Source: a virus. Taken from it: a stretch of DNA of 38,678 nucleotides. The first letter of the stretch is position 1, and every line of letters starts with the position of its first letter. The notes under the pieces were generated by a model. That model made no database searches, was not told the origin of the DNA, and was given only the letters and a program-made list of their open reading frames with translations. A program made the position numbers and the translations under genes. Of this stretch, positions 32,788-38,678 are shown piece after piece. The stretch is taken from positions 1-38,678 of IMG/VR virus record IMGVR_UViG_3300029813_000414. The stretch is one strand, 5' to 3'.

Positions 32788-33732
32788 ATGGAAGCATATC
32801 GAATCGTAGATTGGTGGCGATATGAGGTTACGGAGAAGGGACATCTCGCTAAATTTGATACTCCGTTTGAGCAACTCAGAAAAAAACCCTTAGAATATAT
32901 ACGATGGACTAATTTTGGACATCGGCTCGGACCTGCCTTCCGCAAGCTCATCAAAAAAGCGTGGCCTTATGGTCCCGGGATAGCAGAGGCCACATTCGGT
33001 ATTTTTGGCAAATGCATGGAATTAGCGGCAGACCAGACACGTGAATATCGTGGCTGGATACTTGATGAAAAACAAAATCCTATGGATGCCAAAGCAATTG
33101 CCGAATTGCTGGAATGGGATGCCGATGTCGTGGCCCGGGCAATGGAAATTTTATGCTGCCCGGAGATTCAATGGTTAGAATTTAAGCCCTTTTCCCCGCT
33201 TCGCCGGGAATTCCCGGCAAATCGGGGAGCTTTATCGACAAGTATCCCGGCTGAGCTGGCCAAGCATCCCGGCAAATCCGGTACGCTTCTGAACGAAACC
33301 GAAAAGAAAAGAAATAAAAACGAAACCCTGCCGGGAAATCGGGGAAAAACAGCTTCGGTTTCGAATTTTTCTTCTTCTCCATCTGTTTCGGCTTCGGTCT
33401 CGAAAACCGATCTGGGTAAAAAACGCAATTGGGCGGCTATGCAACTTGCGGAGATTTTTCGCACAACCAATCAATCGGATTGCACCACATTAAGGCACAT
33501 CATCGACCAGCTCCAGGAGAAAATCGAACTCGGCCAAGCCGGATTAGAGATATTCGATAAGATGATTGATGCAGCAAACCAATGCCGGCAAGCCGAGAAC
33601 CCAATAGCGATGTTTATCGCGGCAATGAAACAATCGCCTTTTGGCTATGTCCCTCGACGCGAGCGTCTAATCAAGAATTCCACCAAATCAAATCAGCCAA
33701 ATCGTATTGGCAAATTATTAAATCATTTTTAA
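32788..33732 (+). CDS. Putative replication organiser/initiator-like protein containing internal iteron-like repeats
   Basis: AAGGAG 8 nt before ATG 32788. Low-complexity central linker encoded by repeat DNA. Position is after the wHTH gene. There is no sequence-level proof of function. Confidence 0.4.
   Translation: MEAYRIVDWWRYEVTEKGHLAKFDTPFEQLRKKPLEYIRWTNFGHRLGPAFRKLIKKAWPYGPGIAEATFGIFGKCMELAADQTREYRGWILDEKQNPMDAKAIAELLEWDADVVARAMEILCCPEIQWLEFKPFSPLRREFPANRGALSTSIPAELAKHPGKSGTLLNETEKKRNKNETLPGNRGKTASVSNFSSSPSVSASVSKTDLGKKRNWAAMQLAEIFRTTNQSDCTTLRHIIDQLQEKIELGQAGLEIFDKMIDAANQCRQAENPIAMFIAAMKQSPFGYVPRRERLIKNSTKSNQPNRIGKLLNHF
33203..33345 (+). repeat. Three dispersed CCGG(C/G)AAATC(G/C)GG boxes plus CCGGGAATTCCCGG palindrome and A-rich tract (iteron/origin-like)
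   Basis: cccggcaaatcgggga 33213-33228, cccggcaaatccggta 33268-33283, ccgggaaatcgggga 33331-33345. Palindrome at 33203-33216. gaaaagaaaagaaataaaaacgaaa at 33301-33325. Confidence 0.5.
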
Positions 33733-33742
33733 GGAGCAGATT

Positions 33743-34210
33743 ATGAGAAAGAGACTTAGGTATTTAGTTGTTTGTGTGATCTTGGGTTTATCATTTATAG
33801 GCTGCGTTGCCAGCGAAGACCCTGTGACCGGAGAGAAGAAGTACTCAATAGATCCGAATGCAGCAGAGACGGCGGAGGCCTCCGCTGAGGCGGGCCTGAC
33901 CATCCTAAAGGTACTGTCAAAAACCTGGCCTGGTTTATTGTCCGCGGCCTCGATAATTGGTGGCGGCTTAGGCGTCTGGCGGAAAGTAAAACCAAAGCTG
34001 ACACGAGCCCAGAACGAAGCAGAGATATATCACACACTCGGCAGCGTGACAATAGATGGTATCAACGAATGGAGAAGGCTTTACCCCGACCATTGGGAAG
34101 AGCTCAAATTAGAGCTTGATAAACTTAAAGACAAAGCGCTATCAGCAGAAGACAGGAAGAAAATTGAGAATCTCATACGTGGTTTACGCGGCAAAGCACC
34201 GAAAGCTTAA
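33743..34210 (+). CDS. Probable lipoprotein with an additional TM helix (spanin-like architecture)
   Basis: AAGGAG RBS. LGLSFIGC lipobox-like cleavage site. Internal TM GLLSAASIIGGGLGVW. Coiled-coil C-terminus. Confidence 0.45.
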   Translation: MRKRLRYLVVCVILGLSFIGCVASEDPVTGEKKYSIDPNAAETAEASAEAGLTILKVLSKTWPGLLSAASIIGGGLGVWRKVKPKLTRAQNEAEIYHTLGSVTIDGINEWRRLYPDHWEELKLELDKLKDKALSAEDRKKIENLIRGLRGKAPKA

Positions 34211-34226
34211 TTTGATTCCCCCGAGC

Positions 34227-34263
34227 GGGCTCCGCCTGTAGGCGGCCGTGGCAGGCGGAGCCC
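34227..34263 (+). terminator. GC-rich hairpin terminator-like element
   Basis: GGGCTCCGCCTG / CAGGCGGAGCCC perfect 12-bp stem, 13-nt loop, followed by ATATTT. Confidence 0.5.
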
Positions 34264-34319
34264 ATATTTAAAACACGGCAAAAGACAAGGTCGTACTGAA
34301 ACGATGAAAGGGAATTTAT

Positions 34320-35924
34320 ATGGAAACTTATCAAGAATTACTATTAACCGATATTGTAACATCTCCGGACAATCCCCGGATCATCAACGACAAGGCCGCC
34401 GACTTTCTCGAATTAGTAGAAAGCATCAGGGCCCTGGGCGTTATAGTTCCTGTCCACGTGCGGATTCATTCAAAGCAAAAAGACAAATTCGAGATGCTGG
34501 CCGGCGAACGCCGGTTACTGGCTGCCGCCAAAACCGACAGGACTACAATTAAGGCTATTAATTATGGCACCATCAACGATGAGCAGGCCTTCGAGATTAG
34601 TTTTGTCGAAAATTTTGGCCGCGCGGACCTGACTCCGCTCGAGCAGAGTAAGGCGGCAAACATTTTGCTACAAAAATACAAAGGTGATGTCGAAGCAGCA
34701 GCGTCAAAATTGGGCAAATCCGTTCGCTGGATTTTGCAGCGAGTAGCAATAGATAAGAACCTCAGCAATGACTGGAAACAGGCTATTGCTGATGATTCAA
34801 TGATGGCAAACTGGACGGCTTCACATTTACAGCTTATAGCAGCGCTGCCGCAAGATTTACAAGATAGTTTTCTGGCAAATGAGATAAATTATACAGATAT
34901 GGTTCCAACCGTGAAGGAGCTTGAAGAACAGCTTGCCGATACGTTTCACCTGCTCAGCAAGGCCCCCTGGGCCACATGGGCCACAAGCGATTCCAAACTA
35001 CTAAAAGATGTCCCGGCCTGCACAAAATGCTCAAAGCGCAGCAGTGCCCGGCCCGGACTGTTTGACGATACGCTTGATAAAGAAGCTATTAAGAAAAATG
35101 ACAGGTGTCTGGACCAGAATTGCTGGAGCGTAAAACTCAATGCTCACATTCAGCAGCGATCTATTGAGCTCGGGCAGCAACATCCCAACCTTGTCTTTGC
35201 TGTTATGCCTGACCAGCACATTGATTATTATAAACGACAAAATCTTTCACAACAATTCGGCTATATTCTCAACGAATGGAAATCATCAAAGGAAGATGCA
35301 AAAGATGCCCTGCCCGCTCTTATAGTATTCGGCAAAAATGCAGGTGAGTTGCGATGGATCAAGCCGATCGGCGATGCAATCGGCAAACGAGACAAAAGCC
35401 GTCCTATAGGCCCTGATGGCAAGCCAAAACCTACACCGCTTAAACAACGAAGGATTATGCTCGATAAGAAGCGCTGGTTTGTAGTGATTCGCAACGTAAT
35501 CGAAGAAATCGAAAAACTCAAGGTCGATGACATTGCCTGCGAGGACAAGATTTTCACGGTTATGCTTTTTGCCGCCGTTTTCGGAACCGAACAGAAATCA
35601 CGTAGGGCGGTTGAATGGGACAAGTTCATAGATATTTACAAAAAAGCTGGTGATGATTCCACACAAGATAGACACGAGTTTGCATTGATTAAATTATGGA
35701 ATCAGGTATCAAAAACTTTACAAGAACGTCTTACTTATTGCGGGGCCATTTCACAAACCCCCGACGAGATGATTGCTGAGGTACAGGGATTAGGCGAAGT
35801 GCTCGGTATCGATGTGACATCTATTTTCAAAAAGGTTTCGCAGGATGTATACCCGGAGCCCAAATCCTGGAAGAGCCTTAATGCAAACGGCTCGCCAAAA
35901 AAGAAGAAGCCAAAGACAAAATGA
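34320..35924 (+). CDS. ParB N-terminal domain protein with long C-terminal extension and Cys motif
   Basis: ParB/Srx box VPVHVR...FEMLAGERRLLAA, HTH-like SKAANILLQKY...AASKLGKSVRWI. CTKCSKRS...CLDQNC cysteine motif. 534 aa. Confidence 0.75.
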   Translation: METYQELLLTDIVTSPDNPRIINDKAADFLELVESIRALGVIVPVHVRIHSKQKDKFEMLAGERRLLAAAKTDRTTIKAINYGTINDEQAFEISFVENFGRADLTPLEQSKAANILLQKYKGDVEAAASKLGKSVRWILQRVAIDKNLSNDWKQAIADDSMMANWTASHLQLIAALPQDLQDSFLANEINYTDMVPTVKELEEQLADTFHLLSKAPWATWATSDSKLLKDVPACTKCSKRSSARPGLFDDTLDKEAIKKNDRCLDQNCWSVKLNAHIQQRSIELGQQHPNLVFAVMPDQHIDYYKRQNLSQQFGYILNEWKSSKEDAKDALPALIVFGKNAGELRWIKPIGDAIGKRDKSRPIGPDGKPKPTPLKQRRIMLDKKRWFVVIRNVIEEIEKLKVDDIACEDKIFTVMLFAAVFGTEQKSRRAVEWDKFIDIYKKAGDDSTQDRHEFALIKLWNQVSKTLQERLTYCGAISQTPDEMIAEVQGLGEVLGIDVTSIFKKVSQDVYPEPKSWKSLNANGSPKKKKPKTK

Positions 35925-36076
35925 CGGACCAAAAATCGATTGATGATGAGACTTTGTGGGGGGTGCCCGACAAGGAAGCACAACAGGGCATAGAAGCCCT
36001 TCTGCCGGCAGAGATAGAGGATATACAAAAAGAAGCGGAAATCACAGAACAGATGCAAGGAGAAAAAGAATGGTAG
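35921..36076 (+). CDS. Small acidic hypothetical protein (51 aa, below ORF-track cutoff)
   Basis: ATGA overlap with the ParB-like stop (35921-35924). Its end overlaps the next start by 7 nt. Sequence MTDQKSIDDETLWGVPDKEAQQGIEALLPAEIEDIQKEAEITEQMQGEKEW. Confidence 0.5.
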   Translation: MTDQKSIDDETLWGVPDKEAQQGIEALLPAEIEDIQKEAEITEQMQGEKEW

Positions 36077-36432
36077 CTTGGATTGTGACGGTCATAGCCT
36101 TAACAGGAGCTTTTCTCAATATCAAAAAAAGATGGGAGGGCTTTGCGCTATGGATGATCTCAAATGGTTTTTGGTGCCTGGTGAATATAGGGATCGAGCA
36201 GTACCCTCAGGCTGTTTTATTTGCGGTGTTTTTTCTCCTGTCGGCTTATGGTGTTGTGTTGTGGAGAAAGCCACAAAAGCCATCACAGGGCATAATCAAT
36301 TTATGTAAGCAGATAATCGAGCTTAAAGAGACACTAAAAACTACGGAGCGGAGAAAAGTAAACTGGTTATTTGAAGAAGCGAAGAAGATATTGGAGGGTG
36401 GAAATGGGGAAGTGGAGCATAGATGCAAGTGA
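36070..36432 (+). CDS. Small 3-TM membrane protein with charged C-terminus (PnuC-half/semiSWEET-like or class-I-holin-like)
   Basis: AAGGAG 7 nt before ATG 36070. TMs AWIVTVIALTGAFLNI, GFALWMISNGFWCLVNI and AVLFAVFFLLSAYGVVLW. The upstream part of ORF 35956 is Arg/Gly-rich and unlikely to be coding. Confidence 0.55.
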   Translation: MVAWIVTVIALTGAFLNIKKRWEGFALWMISNGFWCLVNIGIEQYPQAVLFAVFFLLSAYGVVLWRKPQKPSQGIINLCKQIIELKETLKTTERRKVNWLFEEAKKILEGGNGEVEHRCK

Positions 36433-37232
36433 TTTATAGACCTTCAGGCAGGGCCCGGGAATTTTCGCTTCTGGCAATAAATCATTACAGGGGCTGCGCC
36501 CATGGATGTACTTACTGCTGGGTGCCGAATGTAACCCATAATCCAGATTTTTATACAAGGCAGTCGGTTAAAAAAGATGTGCTTTTACATCTGAGAAAAG
36601 ATGCCCCGCAGATAGCTGGCACAGACGAAAGGGTTTTGCTTTGCTTTAGCTGTGATGCATATCAGCCGCTCAATGACGAGCTCAATCTGACAAGGGAAGT
36701 GCTCAAGATACTTCAGGTGAACGACATACCATTTCAGATATTGACGAAAGGGGGAATGCGAGCGGTACCGGACTTTGACCTGTATGGTCCCTATGATGCC
36801 TTTGCAACAACGCTGACTTTTCTGGATGAGGACATGTCCAGGGAAGTTGAGCCCAGAGCTGCAGCACCGGAAAATCGAATAAGGGCTATTGAACTTGCAA
36901 AACAGAGGGGGATAGAGACGTGGGTAAGCCTGGAACCGGTAATAGATGCAAAACAATCGTTGGAAATCATCGAAAGGACTCATGAGTTTATTGACCTCTA
37001 CAAGATAGGCAAACTCAATCATCAGCAGAGCACAATTAACTGGAGACGGTTTGGCGAGAAGGCTATTAAGCTCTGCCGGCAATATGGTACGGACTACTAC
37101 GTTAAGAAGGACCTGGCACAGTATTTGGATGGCATCCCGTTTTGCAGCGTAGATACTCGAAAAGTAAAACGACCCCCGATTGACAAGGAAAGGATTTCAA
37201 AATGTCAGAGAAAAAGCAGACTCTTTCTGTAG
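36423..37232 (+). CDS. Radical SAM enzyme, SplB/COG1533-like ('DNA repair photolyase' family)
   Basis: INHYRGCAHGCTYCW (CxxxCxxC) close to the N-terminus. 269 aa with a TIM-barrel-like strand pattern. Confidence 0.7.
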   Translation: MQVIYRPSGRAREFSLLAINHYRGCAHGCTYCWVPNVTHNPDFYTRQSVKKDVLLHLRKDAPQIAGTDERVLLCFSCDAYQPLNDELNLTREVLKILQVNDIPFQILTKGGMRAVPDFDLYGPYDAFATTLTFLDEDMSREVEPRAAAPENRIRAIELAKQRGIETWVSLEPVIDAKQSLEIIERTHEFIDLYKIGKLNHQQSTINWRRFGEKAIKLCRQYGTDYYVKKDLAQYLDGIPFCSVDTRKVKRPPIDKERISKCQRKSRLFL

Positions 37233-37417
37233 TCAAAACAACAGGAATAATCAAAGGTATAAATAGAAAGAAAAAGACCTTTACCCTTAATATTAGCGGT
37301 AAGCAAATCACCGGTAAGCAATATGAGCAGCTGTCTGATTTTATCGACAATGAGGAGGCGGTCGATATAGGGATAAAGGCAACACAAGCTAAGCTTTTCG
37401 ATAAACCAGAAACATAA
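37202..37417 (+). CDS. Hypothetical protein
   Basis: AAGGA RBS. 71 aa, overlapping the radical-SAM 3' end by 31 nt. Confidence 0.55.
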   Translation: MSEKKQTLSVVKTTGIIKGINRKKKTFTLNISGKQITGKQYEQLSDFIDNEEAVDIGIKATQAKLFDKPET

Positions 37418-37421
37418 ATCA

Positions 37422-38087
37422 ATGTACCGTCCCAGAAAACAAACTAAACGTCCCAACATAATCACTTGGAGCAAAGTTATTACTCCGGAGGAAATCGAGA
37501 TTTTAAGCGACTTTTTGATGAGAAAAGCAACTGATAATTTGGCAAGCAAGAAGCACTTATTGATGTTCGACATCTTGATACATACAGGCTTGCGAGCCAG
37601 TGAGTTTTGTCGGTTGCAAGTTCGACATACACCTTCAGTGTTAAACGTGAATGTAATAGAAGTCTATTGGGGTAAAAATGAGAAAGACCGCACTATACCA
37701 ATAAGCCCTCGTTTGGCTGATGCAATAATCAAATACATAGTCAAAGATCGCAGCAAGACCATGCCACGACATCTACGACGCAGTGATGTGAATCAGCCTG
37801 TATTTTTTAACGAGAGATGCAAACCCTATACCCGCATTTCTTTATATAGATTATGCCGCAGATTTAGTGAAGCTGCAGGCATTGCAAAACGAATATATCC
37901 ACATATGTTTCGACACACCTTTGCAGTTCAGACCCTACGAAGTGGCGTTGATATTCATACCCTGCAGGAACTGTTGGGACACAGTGACATCTTAACTACC
38001 ACAAAGTATTTACGCTTTATGAATATTCAGCTTAAAGGCCTTGGCGATAAGTTGGATTTTCCAATCTTTCAGCGGAGATTTACTTAA
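37422..38087 (+). CDS. Short tyrosine recombinase (catalytic domain only, FimB/FimE-size)
   Basis: HTGLRASEF, HMFRHTFA, LLGHSDILTTTKYL supply the R, H-x-x-R, H and Y residues. It is only 221 aa with no N-terminal core-binding domain. Confidence 0.8.
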   Translation: MYRPRKQTKRPNIITWSKVITPEEIEILSDFLMRKATDNLASKKHLLMFDILIHTGLRASEFCRLQVRHTPSVLNVNVIEVYWGKNEKDRTIPISPRLADAIIKYIVKDRSKTMPRHLRRSDVNQPVFFNERCKPYTRISLYRLCRRFSEAAGIAKRIYPHMFRHTFAVQTLRSGVDIHTLQELLGHSDILTTTKYLRFMNIQLKGLGDKLDFPIFQRRFT

Positions 38088-38537
38088 AAATGATAACCAA
38101 AACAGTTAACAATGTATCACTTTACAGAGTTTTGATACGTATATTGAGGACATTACTTGTAAGCCGTGTAATTACAAGGCATTACAACGGGCACGAGCGC
38201 AGCACTTTTGAGCATCAAAAAACCGAGCGGACACCCCATGTCCGCTCTGCGTATTTCACCTTTATTATTGAACTAAAATCAAAGGTGACCGGACACGCAA
38301 ATGTCCGCTGTGTCCGCCCCATTTTCGTTTCTGTGCTAAAATCACCGCATTGTGCATACGTTCACAAATACGTAAATAAAGGACTTACAAACACTGCAAA
38401 TAGGCCTAAGCTGCGCTCAACTTGTCTTTTGGGTCCTTCCTGGCATATTGAGTTGATTGCGGTAATCAAGTGCAAAAAGTCAGCGAATTTTTTGGCGAAA
38501 AATCGATGTCCGGTCGGGGCGGATTTGATGATTTGAT
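38088..38537. promoter_or_regulatory. 450-bp non-coding region with TGTCCGC/GCGGACA dyads and other palindromes (regulatory/recombination/origin candidate)
   Basis: GAGCGGACA-ccccA-TGTCCGCTC 38225-38247. CGGACA-N6-TGTCCG 38290-38307. TGTCCGC again at 38311-38317. TGTCCGG 38507-38513. TTGATT-N5-AATCAA 38453-38469. CTTGTAA-N9-TTACAAG near 38155-38177. Confidence 0.5.
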
Positions 38538-38678
38538 ATGGTGACATTGTACAAGCAAGGAGATGTGTTCAATGGAACGACCAAAGATAAGTGCAGAAGA
38601 GCTTAATCAAACTATTTACGCATTACAAACACAGTTGGGCTGGCGGCTAAACGAAAAAGGAAGCGGGAGTTTTTCGTC
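38538..38678. repeat. Terminal direct repeat, right copy (identical to 1..141)
   Basis: Same 141 nt as the window start. The window ends exactly where the identity ends. Confidence 0.97.

Larger units (their letters stand above)
1..38537 (+). mobile_element. Complete temperate tailed-phage (lambda-like siphovirus-type) genome, one circular unit
   Basis: Terminal 141-bp overlap closes the sequence. It contains terminase, portal, capsid, tail, integrase + attP and a regulatory switch, and no flanking host genes. Confidence 0.85.

Noticed and set aside
38090-38536. 148-aa plus-strand ORF (and the 61-aa minus ORF 38362..38547) in the last 450 bp
   Set aside because: It has no RBS and an odd composition (runs of R/T/V/H, with many rare-looking segments). 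The region is packed with palindromes and short repeats, so it is treated as non-coding regulatory DNA.
1-38678. CRISPR arrays, full tRNA/rRNA genes, transposases/IS elements, toxin-antitoxin pairs, reverse transcriptases
   Set aside because: I scanned by eye for regularly spaced direct repeats, tRNA T-loop motifs (only the attP fragment was found), DDE/serine-recombinase motifs and RT YxDD motifs. None was seen.

Overview
The window is a complete, circularly closed genome of a temperate lambda-like tailed phage or prophage. Bases 1-141 are identical to 38538-38678, giving a unit length of 38,537 bp. Almost all genes are on the + strand in tightly coupled operons with many ATGA/TAATG stop-start overlaps.

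Layout:
- 26-6897: DNA-modification / anti-restriction island. It holds a MazG-like protein, a radical-SAM enzyme, a C5-cytosine MTase, a Dam-like MTase, a GNAT-like protein, an ASCH protein and a ParB-N6/N4-MTase fusion.
- 7101-27841: lambda-syntenic morphogenesis module. Order is Nu1-like TerS, GpA-like TerL, gpW-like, lambda-family portal, prohead protease-scaffold-capsid fusion, decoration protein, LamG/S74 fibre, FII-, Z-, U- and V-like proteins, G/GT chaperone with a -1 frameshift, tape measure, and non-lambda distal tail proteins.
- 27858-29619: AT-rich accessory region with three minus-strand genes.
- 29462-31322: divergent switch, tyrosine integrase, and an attP that is the 3' half of a tRNA-Pro(TGG).
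- 31521-38087: early region. It holds a wHTH protein, a putative replication organiser with iteron-like repeats, a long ParB-like protein, a 3-TM protein, a second SplB-like radical-SAM enzyme and a short catalytic-domain-only tyrosine recombinase.
- 38088-38537: 450-bp non-coding region rich in dyads.

Most interesting signals:
1. A perfect 34-bp inverted repeat lies in frame in two opposite-strand paralogous ORFs and brackets a 1.3-kb segment (candidate invertible cassette).
2. Tandem heptanucleotide GTGAWWN arrays follow the capsid and tail-tube stop codons directly.
3. Two paralogous structured, terminator-ended intergenic elements belong to a CCAGCRGCRGC hairpin family.
4. An A9 slippery site leads into a DnaJ-like CxxCxGxG zinc-finger extension of the tail chaperone.
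5. A radical-SAM / C5-MTase / Dam translationally coupled trio.

All functional calls rest on motif recognition by eye. No database search was run.
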